Below the pieces are notes generated by a model that saw only the letters and a program-made list of their open reading frames with translations, was not told the DNA's origin and did no database searches. A program made the translations under genes and the position numbers. Source: Octopus sinensis (Eukaryota). Taken from it: DNA of 57,430 bases. Position 1 is the first letter of the stretch; each line of letters opens with the position of its first letter. The stretch lies in NCBI RefSeq assembly GCF_006345805.1, contig NW_021834816.1, forward strand, positions 1-57,430. The letters are read 5' to 3'. Of the stretch, positions 25,653-39,284 are shown piece after piece.

Positions 25653-26965
25653 TAGTAGTTTTTCTCTAATGCTCTGCAAATATTCTACTAGGCTTTTTCT
25701 TTCCATCTTTACACATTCTTCTACTGCTATTAAGCTTCTTCGACCTTGGTACTCTTCAAATACAGCCGGTTGGTATCAGCTTTCGGAAAGTGAGCTCCAT
25801 ACATTGTCAACAACTTTCTAGTTTTTCTGTCAAGTTTCTTTATATCGTTTTTGGTCCAGTCTATAATTCCAACTCCATATCTGATTAAGGACACTGCTCT
25901 TGAAGTTATTGCTTCCATTAGATTGTTTGAATTCAGTTTGAATTAGACGTACTAGAAACAAGCACAGAAATAATTTTCTTACTCTTCTTGTGTACTCCCT
26001 ACTGGATATTTGTTTCATTTCTTGAATTTTTATTTTGTCTTCTTCCAGTATTCCCAAGTACTTATACCGCTGTCCTTTCTCAACCGCTCTCAATGTTTGT
26101 CTATTTGGCATTTCAATTCCTGGCTTCTTTCACATCTTCCTCGTTTCATTTTCAAAATAGTGAACTTTTCTTTCCCAAATTCCATACCTACGTCATTTGA
26201 GAAAATGCAGATAGTGTGTAGAAGACTTTCAAGCTGTTTCTCATTGTTCGCATAAACCTTTATATCATCCATGAAAAGGATAATTTATCTGAGAATTTCC
26301 TTTTCCCAAATCGTAAGGTATTTTAACTTTTCGTAGTATCATAATGAGCAGTGTCATAGCCAATATGAATAGTAATGGAGATAAGCTATCACCTCGGAAT
26401 ATTCCACGTCTGATGTTCACTTTTCCGAGTTTTTATTTTCCTTCGATCAATTCAGTATTCCAATGTCTCATACTTTCATTAATAATTTTCTCCAGGATTT
26501 TGCTATTCCAAACATGTTCATTATATTACTTATCCAACTATGTAGCACCATGTCATATGCTTTTTTTGTAATCTAACCATGCTACATTCAGTCCCGTCAA
26601 TCTGCATCTACAATTTCTAATTATCATTTTATCAACTAATAAGTGATCTTTTGTTGCTCTACTTTGTTTCCTGCGTCCTTTCTGTTCGTCTGGAAGCAGA
26701 TTGTTACTTTTCAGTTAGTTGTATAATTCTTGCGCCAAGACACTGGTCACAAACTTCCAAATAAGTGGTAAACAGGTTATAGGTCGAAAATTTGATTCCA
26801 ACTTCCCTTTCAGGGGTCCATGATGTATAGCAGCGTCTGTCCACTTGTCATCCAGACAGGGACGTGACCTTGCTGCAGGCAGTCATCCATTAATTCTGAC
26901 GTCCTGTTGTCTTAGTACAGTTGCAAGTTGTCTTCCCGTCTTTGTTAGCCACTCTGCACTTTTCT

Positions 26966-27875
26966 GCTTCTGATTTTAAGCCAGATGCCACTAACCATTG
27001 ATGGGTAAGGACTTTGTCAACATCGGCACAATTAGCTCTATTTGAGTATTTGCCATTGAAAGGTTTTTTCTTGTCATTTATCAGTATGGATATCTGAGGC
27101 AGCAGCTTTAGCACGGATTTTCATATGCTTAGCTTTTTCTGTGCTTATTTCTAGTACGTCTAATTCTGGAATTTTTTGTATCTGGAATTCACTTAGATAT
27201 TCCTTTACCTATTTTGTTACTGAGTATAATGCTTTCTTATTTACATGTTTTGAAATAAGTTTTAGCATACAGACATCAGAGTTTTTCAGGTAGGTGTCTA
27301 GTCCAATTGTGACAATCTTCATTATTAATTCCAGTTGTAAAAGTCCACGGTCTTCCTCTTTTCTTGGCAGATAAAGTCCTATATCTACCTTAGGGTGGTG
27401 CATTCTATTTTCAACAATTTTCATATATTTCTGTCATGATTACATATTTCAGTAATTGACCAGTTAATGATACTGAAACTGTAAGTCACGACCGGTATGG
27501 TTAAAGTATTGATCGTTTCGATCCTGCTTCTTGCATTCAGCTCTTATCATGAGGATTGCCCTTACCCTGCGATGACATTCTCTCCTGATCCTTTCCCTCA
27601 TCACTGAATGTTTGATTTTGTCCCCCTACAAATACCCTTAGGTATTTGTAGTTCTCTGCTGGTTCTAATTTCTTTATGACATTCTGCTGGTCAAGATTAA
27701 CATTGGATGTTTCTGTCATTTTTTTCTTTGATAAAGGTAGCTTTTGCACATTTATCGACGCCAAGTTGCTAGTAATCCCTGCAGTTGTTGATCATTTTTT
27801 GCAAAGAGCTTCATTTTTTACAAAGAGCTTTAAATCATCCATGTAAATGGGATGATTTATATTTTTATCAAATAT
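26966..27875 (-). mobile_element. Second R4/Dong-like LINE fragment
   Basis: YMDDLKLFVKNE, HHPKVDI-LYLPRKE and THQWLVASGLKSEAE. Confidence 0.85.
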
Positions 27876-27889
27876 TTTGTTATTATTAT

Positions 27890-28345
27890 TGAGTGAGGGT
27901 GCAGTGCATGCCATCAAAGCGACAATGGGGTAAAATACATGAAGCCCAGTATATCCATCATGACTACCTGTCTGAAAGGGTACACCAGGCACATGCATGA
28001 CAACCATATGTGTGTGACATGGTGATCTCATATCAAGATAAACAACCTTGCAGGTGGGGCTTAGAATTTTCTTCAGGTCGGGTAACCCCTCCCGCTCAAA
28101 AGGTCGCTGAATAAGGGTTGTTTAAGGATGTTGAACGAAACACCCATGTCTCCAGAGGTGAATTATTCAAGCCCCTGAGAAATCCTCTCAACACATGGCT
28201 ATGATGCTTCCTCAATACTTCTGCTCGTGATCAGAGATGCTCATATCGAAAGCCACATGTTCAACTGGTTAAGGTCAAATAACTGACAAGCAAATCTGTG
28301 GTATTGAGCAGAATATTTACTGTAGCCCATCTTTTATACCTAGAC
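27890..28345. repeat. Unclassified interspersed repeat (family C)
   Basis: Shares GGTTAAGGTCAAA-AACTGACAAGCAAATCTGTGGTATTG-GCAGAATATTT with 52690-52865. Confidence 0.65.
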
Positions 28346-28392
28346 AAAACATTTTATTACTCTTATCATCATCATCATCATTATTATTATTA

Positions 28393-29199
28393 AGACGGCG
28401 AGCTTGCAGAACCGTTAGCATACCGGAAAAAATGCTCAACAGGATTTCGTTTGCCATTACGTTCTGAGTTCCAAATCCGCTGAGGTAGACTTTGATTTTC
28501 ATTTATTGGGAGTCGATAAATTAAATACCATTTGAATACTAAAGTCGACGTAATCGACTTACCCCGCCCCTCCAAATTTCAGACCTTGTGCCTTATTAGA
28601 AAGGATTATTATTATTATCATCATCATCATCATTATAATAATAATAATTATTATTATTATTATTACGAAGGTGATAGTTAGGCGGCGAGCTGGCAGAATC
28701 GTTATCCCACCGAGCGAAATGCTTAGTGGTATTTCGCTGTCACTACGTTCTGAGTTCAAATTCCGCCGAGGTCAAATTTGTCTTACTTGTAATCCTTTTG
28801 GGGTGGTTAAATTAAGTACCAGTGAAACACTGGGTTGATGTAATCGACTAGTCCCCTCCCCACAAATTTCAGGTCATTTGCCCCAGTAGAAAGGATTATT
28901 ATTAAGGTGGTGAGGTGGCAGCAGGATCAGCGCGCTGGACAAAATGCTCAGCGGTGCTTCGCTGTTCTGAGTTCAAATTCCGCCGAGGTCGACTTTGCCT
29001 TTCATCCTTTCGTAGTCGATATAAAAAAAAAATACCAGTTGGACACTAGGGTCGATGTAATGTGGCGGGCCCCTTTGCCTTTCATCATTTCGGGGTCGAT
29101 AAAATAAGCATCAGTCAAGCACGTACCAGTCAAGCCGATGTAATCGGCTAACCCCCTCCCCTAAAATTTCGGGCTTAGTTCCCATAGTAGAAAGGACTG

Positions 29200-29200
<1 letters not shown>
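28393..29200 (+). mobile_element. Head-to-tail cluster of about 4 SINE family B copies or fragments
   Basis: Heads near 28395, 28681 and 28905, a tail fragment near 29085, and (ATT)n spacers. Confidence 0.8.
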
Positions 29201-29234
<34 letters not shown>

Positions 29235-29489
29235 GTTATCTCTTCCTGCTAATTATTTCATTTTTACTTTATATAACACTTTTTTGACTTATTTGCTGTT
29301 GATGTTGTTGTTGTTCCCCGAGAGAAAAGCACGTGAATGTGAAGGCAGTCATGTGACTGAAGTCACGAGCTAAAATGGTTGATATGTAGGTCATTGCTGA
29401 GGAAAATCGATAATTGAACTGGCATCAGAACGCTTGTTTTTAGCTTACTGGTTCTAGTTCTTGCAATTGGTGCCGCTTTAACTTAGTAT

Positions 29490-29509
29490 GGTGGCGGAGG
29501 TGGTGGTGG

Positions 29510-29543
<34 letters not shown>

Positions 29544-30147
29544 CGGTGGTGGTGGTGGTGGTGGTGTGGTGGTGGTGGTGTGGTGGTGGTAGCTATACTG
29601 CTGATAGTAATGGTTGTGGTTGTGGTGTTAATGGTATAGGTGAACTGGTGATGCTTGCTGGTGTTGTTGTTGTTACTTTCGTGTTGGCGGGCGGGGGGAT
29701 GGGGCTGCTGCTACAGCGGCTGTTGTTAGTGTTAGTACTAGCGTTTGTGTTACAGCTAGTGATACCAATAACCGTAACGCTATAGTCACTCACTGACAGT
29801 AGCGGTGGTGCTGGCGGCGGCGGCGGCGACAGCAGTGGTGGTGGTTCTGGTGGTGGTGGTGGTGGTGGTGGTGGTGGCAGCAGTGGGTGTTTGGTATTTT
29901 GGGGTAAGAATGGTAGCGACTAACCATGCTTGGTAGTCTTGGTGACAAAGCGCGGAAAATGTTACCGACTCGTGATGACAACGACGACGACGACGAAGGC
30001 GGCGGCGGCGATGACGAAGACGACGACACGACGTCGTTGATGATGGCGACGACTACGGCGACGGCGATGATAATGATGATGATGATGATCATCATCATCA
30101 TCATCATCATGAAGCTGATGATGATGATGATGAGGATGATGAGGATG

Positions 30148-30189
<42 letters not shown>

Positions 30190-30560
30190 GTGATGATGGT
30201 GATGATGGTGATGATGGCGACGACGACGATGAAGCTGATAATGATGATGATGATGATGATGATGATGAAGTTGATGATGATGATGATGAAGCTGATGATG
30301 ATGATGATGATGATGAAGCTGATAATAATGATGATGATGATGATGATGATGATTATGATGATGATGATGGTGATGATGGTGATGATGGCGCCGACGACGA
30401 TGAAGCTGATAATGATGATGATGATGATGATGATGATGATAATGATGATGAAGATGACGATGATGATGATGATGATGATGATATCGATGACATGAAAACG
30501 AGCATCATGACGTTGAATCGAGACGGAAGGGAGAAGGAAGAAGGTGATTATGATGAAAGC

Positions 30561-30602
<42 letters not shown>

Positions 30603-30752
30603 GTGTGTGTCTGTGATGGTGAATTATGTTAGTGGTGATGGTCGTGGTGGTAGCGGAGATAGTGACGAAGGCTGGTGATCATGACGATTGTAAGTAGCAA
30701 TTGGTGGCGGTGGTGATGACGGCGGCGTCGGCGCTGATGGTGCTGGTGACGG

Positions 30753-30788
<36 letters not shown>

Positions 30789-31551
30789 CGATGATGATGA
30801 CCTTCGTGATGGTACGGGTGGTGGTGGTGATGGTGGTGGTGGTGGCGGCGGCGGCGGCGATGGTGGCGGCGGCGGTGGTGGTGGTGGCGGCGGCGGCAGC
30901 GTTGGTGGTGGTGGTGGTGGTGGTGACGGCGGTGATGGTGGTAGCGATCATGATGGTGATGATGATAGTGGTGGTCGTGATGGTGATGGTGATGGTGATG
31001 GTGGTGACGGCGGTGATGGTAATGATGATGATAGTGGTGGTCGTGATGGTGATGGTGATGGTGATGGTGGTGACGGTGGTGATGGTAATGATGATGATAG
31101 TGGTGGTGGTGGTGGTGGTGGTGAGGATAGTGGCAGTAACTATGGCGATTATGGTGATGACGGTGCAAGGTAGTGATCGCAGTAGCCGGTGGAATGGGTG
31201 GGGGTGGGGTGAGTAGCTAGCTAATGAGGAGGACGGTGGTAATGGAGGTGTGAGGATGGGGATATAATTGGAAATAGCGAAATATAACTATGAATAAGAA
31301 AGATGAGAGGAAGAATTTTAAACGAGCGACGGCGTCGGGGTTGAATACAATGACAGCGACGACTACGACGACGACGACGACGACGATGGTGATGATGTTG
31401 ATGATGATGATGGTGATGAGAACGATCATAGTGATGATTATAATGATAACGGCAATCATGATAATTACCTTTTGGCGCTAATGAAGATAATGAGTACGAA
31501 GATAATGATGACAACGATGACGATGACGATGACGACGGCGGAAACGACGAC

Positions 31552-31582
<31 letters not shown>

Positions 31583-31627
31583 GTGATGAGGGAAGGGGGA
31601 CGCCCATTATCGGTATCATCATCACCG

Positions 31628-31662
<35 letters not shown>

Positions 31663-31799
31663 GTTATTATTATTATTATTATTATTACTACTACTACTAC
31701 TACTACTACTATCATTTCAACAATACTTTCACCAACACCACCACCACCATCATCACTAGCACCAGCACACCATAATCATCATCATCATCGTCGTCGTAG

Positions 31800-31841
<42 letters not shown>

Positions 31842-31861
31842 GCATCATCATCATCATCAGC

Positions 31862-31899
<38 letters not shown>

Positions 31900-31932
31900 T
31901 ATCAGCTTCATCGTCGTCGTCGCCATCATCAC

Positions 31933-31985
<53 letters not shown>

Positions 31986-32030
31986 CATCATCATCATCAT
32001 CATCACCTTCATCAACATCATCCTCATGAC
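29490..32030. repeat. About 2.5 kb compound trinucleotide array (GTT/GGT/GGC/GAT/GAC/ATT/CAT)
   Basis: Read directly from the sequence; includes a short (TG)n tract. Confidence 0.95.
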
Positions 32031-32282
32031 GGACTTTTATCCATAATTTTCATCGGCGTTGTCGTTGCTTCCGATGATCCCCACTGCGTGCAATAAGGCA
32101 AAGACCAGTTACGGGGAAACAACGTTTGCGCCACAATGAGATGCGCAACAAATTTACACCCACAACACATGCACACACATACACACACACACACACACGC
32201 ACATATACACATGCACATACATACATACACGCGTATCCGTAAATACAAAAAGGTAAAAACACAAGCTGAGGTAAATACATAT

Positions 32283-32517
32283 ACCTATTTCTTTATTACC
32301 CACAAGAGGCTAAACACAGAGGGGACAAACAAGGACAGACATAGGTATTAAGTCGATCACATCGACCCCAGTGCATAACTGGTGCTTGATTTATCGACCC
32401 CGAAAGGATGAAAGGCAAAGTCGACCTCGGCGGAATTTGAACTCACAACGTAACGCAGACGAAATACCGCTAAGCATTTCGCCCGGCGTGCTAACGTTTC
32501 TGCCAGCTCGCCGCCTT
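32283..32517 (-). mobile_element. SINE family B with a 12-bp TSD
   Basis: AATACATATACC at 32274-32285 and 32518-32529. Confidence 0.9.
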
Positions 32518-32749
32518 AATACATATACCACGTACATGCATATATGAGGTCCTCTATACAACTGGTCAGCCCTGTTAGAAAGAGCAGCTAAAAATTTCGT
32601 CGAAAATACACCCGGGTATCTTAGAAAGGGAAGTACATATTGGATAACACTGAACCTCATGGCATGCACCTCAAGAAGAAAAGACAGGGTCACCAAAGAG
32701 AGCAAGGTCTTTGATCGGAGTTTTGTTTAATCAGGACTGAGCTGGCGAT

Positions 32750-33049
32750 CAACAACAAGTACAACAACAGCAACATCAGCAGCAAAAACAACAATAACAA
32801 CAGCAATAACAGCAGCAGCAACAACAACTACTGCTGCTGCTACTACTACTACTACTACTACTACTACAACTACTACTACTACTACTACTGCAGCCTACTA
32901 CTACTACTACTACTACAGCAACAGCAGCAGTAACAACAACAATAACGACAGCAGCAGCAACAAAAACAACAACTACTACTACAAAACTACTACTACTACT
33001 ACTACTACTACTACTGCAGCAGCAGCAACAACAACAACTATTGCTACAA

Positions 33050-33080
<31 letters not shown>

Positions 33081-33232
33081 AGCGACAACAACAACAACAA
33101 CAGCAACAACAACACAACAACAACAACAACAACAGTAAAAGCAACAACAGCAAAAACAACAATAAGTGCTGCAGCAGCAGCAGCAGCAGCAACAATGACA
33201 AAAACAACAGCAAAAGTAATAACAACAATAAT
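32750..33232. repeat. (CAA/CAG/CTA)n compound array
   Basis: Read directly from the sequence. Confidence 0.95.
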
Positions 33233-33493
33233 GCGCACAAACTCGTATGTGCACATGAATAAATACACACACACATACAAACACGTACGGCTACATATAT
33301 ATATACTCATGCACACACACATGCACACATGCACGCACGCACGCGAGAGCACGTATGCAACATAGTCACGTATAGAATCTCGCACGTAATTGTACTTGTA
33401 CACAAGAAGCTGGGCTCGTGATGAGGCAAAGAAAATATCTTTATATTTACTTTCACACACACACACACACACACACACATGTTCTTAGAAATG

Positions 33494-34139
33494 AATGTAT
33501 GTATGTATGTATGTATGTATGTATGTATGTATGTATGTATGTATGTATGTATTTATGTATGCATGTATGTATGTATGTATGTATATATTTATGTATGCAT
33601 GTATGTATGTATGTATGTATGTATGTATGTATGTATGTATGTATGCATGTATGTATGTATGTATGTATGTATGTATGTATGTATGCATGTACGTATGTAT
33701 GTATGTATGTATGTATGTATGTATGTATGTATGCATGTATTTATGTATGTATGTATGCATGTATGTATGTATGTATGTATGTATGTATGTATGTATGTAT
33801 GTATGTATGTATGTATGTATGTATGTATGTATGTATGTATCTATGTATGCATGTATGTATGTATGTATGTATGTATGCATGTATGTATGTATGTATGTAT
33901 GTATGCATGTATGTATGTATGTATGTATGCATGCATGTATGTATGTATGTAGTATGCATGTATGTATGTATGCATGTATGTAGTTGTATGTATTTATGTT
34001 ATGTATGTATGTAGTATGTATGTATGTATGTATGTATTATGTATGTATGTATGTATGTATTTATGTATGTATGTATGTATGTATGTATGTATGTAGTATG
34101 TATGTAATGTATGTATGTATGTATGTATTATGCATGTAC

Positions 34140-34170
<31 letters not shown>

Positions 34171-34622
34171 TGTATGTATGTATGTATGTATGCATGTATG
34201 TATGCATGTATGTATGTATGTATGTATTTATGTATGTTATGTATGTATGTATGTATGTATGTATGTATTTATGTATGTATGTATGTATGATGTATGTATG
34301 TATGTTGTATGTATGTATGTGTGTATGTATGTATGTATGTATGTATGTATGTATTTATGCATGTACATATGTTGTATATATGGTATGTATGTATGTATGT
34401 ATGTTGTATGTATGTATTTATGATGTATGTAGTATGTATGTATGTATGTATGTGTGTATGTAGTATGTATGTATGTATTGATGCATGTACATATGTATGT
34501 TATGTATGTATGTATGTATGTATGTATGTATGTATGCATGTATGTATATATGTATGTATGTATTTATGTATGTATGTATGTATGTATGTATGTATGTATG
34601 TATGTATGTATGTATGTATGTA
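33494..34622. repeat. About 1.1 kb degenerate (TATG)n array
   Basis: Read directly from the sequence. Confidence 0.95.
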
Positions 34623-34808
34623 TCTCGTGATTTTAGTAGTTTTTCCTCATTCTGCATGTATGTGTGTATGTGTAATTGTGTTTGTGTGAAGATATGTGTT
34701 TCTGTGAGTATAGATGGTAAGTGGTTCAGAAATTCGCTTTGCAATCATTGGTTTCGGATTCAGCCTCATTCTGCAGCACTTTGGACAAATGGTTTCTATC
34801 ATAGCACG

Positions 34809-35043
34809 AAGGCGGCGAGCTGGCAGAAACGCTAGCACGTCGGGCGAAATGCTTTGCGGTATTTCGTCTGCCGTTACGTTCTGAGTTCAAATTCCGCCGA
34901 GGACGACTTTACCTTTCATCCTTTCGGGGTCGATAACTTAAGTACCAGTTACGCACTGGGGTCGATGTAATCGACTTAATACCTATGTCTGTCCTTGTCT
35001 GTTCCCTCTATGTTTAGCCCCTTGTGGGTAATAAAGAAATAGG
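34809..35043 (+). mobile_element. SINE family B with a 15-17 bp TSD, inserted in an old SINE A-like head
   Basis: GGTTTCTATCATAGCAC at 34791-34807 and 35042-35058. Confidence 0.9.
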
Positions 35044-35469
35044 TTTCTATCATAGCACCGGACTGAACAATGTTTTGTGAACAATAGAAACTATATGTAG
35101 TTTTCTGTGCGTTTGTGTTCGTGCGTGCGCGCCCGTGAGTGTACCTGTACATGAAACGCACATTACTCCATAAAACGTACGCACAAGGTTACTTATACAC
35201 ATACACACACACAGGCCCACATAATCTAAGCTCGCCCACACATACATTCACACGCGCTTGCCTCCATTCATACTTACACACTCACACACACCAATCTCAC
35301 ATATGCACATGCGCTTGCGCACCCTAGTTCAATCGGGTAACCATCTCCTTTTCACTCAGCTTCTTTCTCCCGGCCATTTCATCATGTTGAACTGTTAAAC
35401 CCTACACATTTTTCTGACTCCGTTTTCTTTTTTTTTTTTTTTCGTTATGTCTTCATTTTCTCCCCTCTC

Positions 35470-35589
35470 AATCCTTTCTGCCGAAGAGCGTAGGCTCGAA
35501 GCGTCAAAGATTTACCGAGCGTTGAAGTAATACACTTGTTTGTTGTCCCTACACTTGTCGTCGTCTTTTGTTTTCTGCAAACCTGAATT

Positions 35590-35592
<3 letters not shown>
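35470..35592 (+). mobile_element. F2 PLE-type terminus with degenerate hammerhead
   Basis: CUUU-CUGCCGA-A-GAGC/GCUC-GAAGCGUC-AAAG; the tail is homologous to 18299-18390. Confidence 0.6.
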
Positions 35593-35628
<36 letters not shown>

Positions 35629-36612
35629 CGAATAGTTTTGTTAAGCGGTGTCCGGCGTCGATTATGTGTGTGTGTGTGTGTTATGCGTGTGTGTGTCTGT
35701 GTATTATATATGTGTGTGTGTATATATTGTGTGTGTGTATATATATGTATATGTACATATATATATATATATATAGATTATATAATATATATATATATAT
35801 TATATATATATAATACACACACTAAGTTCCTTTCCTTTATAGTGAGGAAGGGTGGATTGCATCTTTCCAGTCCTTGGGAACAAACCCCACCCCCAGAGCA
35901 CACTAATAAGTTCGTGGAGATAGTGTATGATACAACTACTACAAAAGCTCATGAGCTAAGCGCAAATTCCGTCTTTACCAGATGATAAACTTACCTACTG
36001 GTGTTACTATCTTGTCTATTGAAAGAGCAGGTTATAAAAAGCTTATGACAGGTCTTTGTTGAATAGTATCAGTTACAACTAACTCGTCGTTTAGGAGTCA
36101 AGAAAAGTGCTCAATCTAGTGATCTGTGATTTCTATTGATTCAATAAGCCGTCATTGGAAGGTGAAAGAGCCGATATGAACTCTGAGGCCCATAACTTTG
36201 CTGTGAGTGGAAGAGCATGTGTGTTTCGATTTCTGTAGCACACATGGGGTTTCTTGTTTGACGAGAGTGAGTGGCTTCTCACACTAAATTTCTGTGAATG
36301 AAACTGTGTGTAAACTTATGAGGTGGATTACACCTGTAATTCTAAGATTCCGCTAACTCACGCACTCCGTCTCGCTGATTCCATCTGAGAATTTCTATAA
36401 TGATTTTGAAGGTACATTTACTTGTGGAAAAATTATTGGATAAAGAGATATACATGCATATATATAATTGCGTGTGCATGCATCTAAGTATGTATGTACG
36501 TATGGAGTCAAGATTAAGATTGTTATAGCGCCAATATTCAATCTTAAAATATCAACAATGCTTCGCATAAAGTACATGTTATATATGTGTGTTTATGCAA
36601 TGTGTGTGTGTG

Positions 36613-36682
<70 letters not shown>

Positions 36683-37054
36683 GACTATACAGCATAACAA
36701 TTCATTGGGAAACCTTTGATCACGAATATTCTGGTATTGTGTATATTAATGCATAACGTGTATGTGACTGAATATGTTTGATGTATATTTGTGCCTCTTG
36801 TGTGTGTGTGTGCGTGTGTGTGTGTGTGGTGTGTGTGTGTATGTGTGTGTGTGTGTGTGTATGTGTGCGTGCGTGTGTGTACACGTGTGTATGTGAGTGT
36901 GTGTGCGATTACATATCTGAATATTTGAAGAGATACATCGTAATCAAGAATTTTAGGTTTCAACATCACTGTGCTGCAACGACATTTGGTCAAATGTCTA
37001 CTAAAAATATATCGTTTCGAACCAAGACACCTAAATGTAAAAATGGGTACACTA

Positions 37055-37106
<52 letters not shown>

Positions 37107-37135
37107 ACACAGACACACACGCACACACACACACA

Positions 37136-37169
<34 letters not shown>

Positions 37170-37175
37170 TAAGGA

Positions 37176-37600
37176 GGAAACCATTTGGGCATATTCGATC
37201 AATTGACCGTTTAAATTAATTCGATCAACTGTCCGTTTGTGTAACCTTGATCAATTGAACAAACTTGATGAACTGTTAGTTTAGGTAAATTCGATCATCT
37301 GACCATGTTGATAAATTTGACCAACTGACCGTTTGGATAATTTCGATCTAATAGCCGTTTGAATAAATTCGTTCAGCTGTCGTTTTGAGTAACTTCGATA
37401 AATTGTCTGTTTTGGGAAATTCAATTAACCAATGGGTAAATTCCATCAAGTGTCCGTGTTAGAGAATTCATTCATTCAACTGTTTGGAGAAATTCGACCA
37501 TCTATCTGATGGTTTTAGGAAATTCGATCAACTGAAGTTTCGTGAAAATTCGCTCAAATGTCTGTTTTGGGAAATTCAGTCAACTAACTGGTTAGGATGG
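37176..37600 (+). repeat. 26-bp minisatellite, about 16 diverged units
   Basis: Consecutive 26-mers resembling AAATTCGATCAACTGACCGTTTGGAT. Confidence 0.8.
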
Positions 37601-37685
37601 TAAAAGCGTTTTCAGTTATTAATGCTTAGCAAGGTACGTAATTCGAATAAGCATAAAATATTCAATGATATTATCAATGCTTGAT

Positions 37686-37737
37686 AAATTACTAGGGTTA
37701 GGGTTAGGGCTAAAATTACTAGGGTTAGGGTTTGGGT
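37686..37737 (+). repeat. TTAGGG-type motif cluster, potential G-quadruplex
   Basis: Six GGG tracts; AAATTACTAGGGTTAGGG occurs twice. Confidence 0.7.
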
Positions 37738-38219
37738 AAAATTGCGTTTTTTTTAATAGATGCTTAGAAAATGACTTATCAAAATTAGACTACCAGATGC
37801 AGTAACTACCTTCATGCTAGCAAAATTACATAACTAAACTTAGGATCGAAAACGTAGTAACTTTATTAATACACACCTGGATTTAGCATAAAATATTCGG
37901 TAGCTTAAGGGATTCTAACCAAATTATGTAACCTGAACAAGCATCAAATTTTTGGTGGACTCGTCTTTGTTTTGATAATTACGTAACTAAAATCGGGATC
38001 GAAATGCGATAGTTTAATTAATGCTTGGAAAATTACATAACGAAATAAGCGGCAATTTCATTTATGTTAGGAGAATTACAGAATTCGAATTAGCATCAAA
38101 TATTTAGTGGGTGACGGAAAATTTCACAACGAATTGCTCTATGGTGGCAGAACCTGAAAAAAAAACCACAAGGTATTTTTCCTACGCTCTATCGATTCTA
38201 ACATGTAGGATGTATATAT

Positions 38220-38278
<59 letters not shown>

Positions 38279-38700
38279 CACACACACAGACTGACAGATA
38301 GATAGAGAGAGAGAGATAGATATGTTTACAAGACTCTAACATAAATTTCATAATCTATTCTTTCATTGTATAGAACTTAATGCCTATACATAATTAATTT
38401 ATACGAACATTTGTTGAGGACTTTAATGAACAACTCGCAAAAACTTATTATAGCATACCCTGTGGCGTGGATATGCGTCTTGGTATAGACTAAACATGCA
38501 AATATCCATACACACACACGCAGACACACGCGCACACACGCACACATACTAACCCTTGCAAAGACTATGTTGTGATGTCCTATGTGGAGTATGCATGTGT
38601 TCTGTTAGCCAGTTAAATATAGTATAAATAGATAAACAGAAAGACACACAGACATACAGAAAGACATACATACGGGCAGAGAGATAGCTAGCCAGCTTGT

Positions 38701-38750
<50 letters not shown>

Positions 38751-38784
38751 CATACATACATACATACATACATACATACATACA

Positions 38785-38815
<31 letters not shown>

Positions 38816-39284
38816 TTGTGTGGCGGGTATGTGTGTGTGTATACGTAGGTTAAAATAGTGAGGGAAAATTAGTTAAGGCAGAATAAGAGCATTTGATTTT
38901 ATTTAACTCAATCTAAAAATGTAGATACTTAATGTAGAATTGTAAAAATAGTACAAACTGGTAAAGATAGTCTCTGACAGCTGTATCTGGGATATCCCAG
39001 CTATTGGAGCATCGTCTCGAGCGATATACATATGTTCTTATCTATGTTTACGAAGTACTCCAAATGACAAAAAGACTATAGTGATGAAACAGTTTCGACC
39101 GGACATCAGGCAGTACACTTGCGAAACGCAATTGATCTTCATGTCACCGAGAGTCGTGTATCACCGAGAGGCGTGGGTGTCCAGCTGGTAGTTTGTTCTG
39201 GGGCCCAACATCCATTCCTCCATCGAAAACAAACACTCTCTACTACTGAGATACACTTACATTCACATACACAAATATCACTGT

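Larger units (their letters stand above)
24660..26965 (-). mobile_element. R4/Dong-like RLE non-LTR retrotransposon, decayed
   Basis: NFRPITCL, RRGIFRGDSLSPLLF, MDDIKVYA, zinc-knuckle remnant CRVCG...ETGTHIV, and ILWDFPIQTDK...RSDITIID endonuclease region. Confidence 0.9.

Noticed and set aside
30036-30570. Long open poly-Asp frame resembling acidic biomineral proteins
   Set aside because: Single changes to GAT cannot create a stop in that frame, so an open frame is expected. There is no start or splice context, and it runs into (TG)n.
37176-37600. Regularly spaced repeats as a possible CRISPR array
   Set aside because: The units are contiguous and diverged with no unique spacers, the context is eukaryotic, and there are no cas genes.
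39080-39130. CTGATGTCCGGTCGAAAC on the minus strand
   Set aside because: A9 is missing, and there is no stem II or stem I complement.
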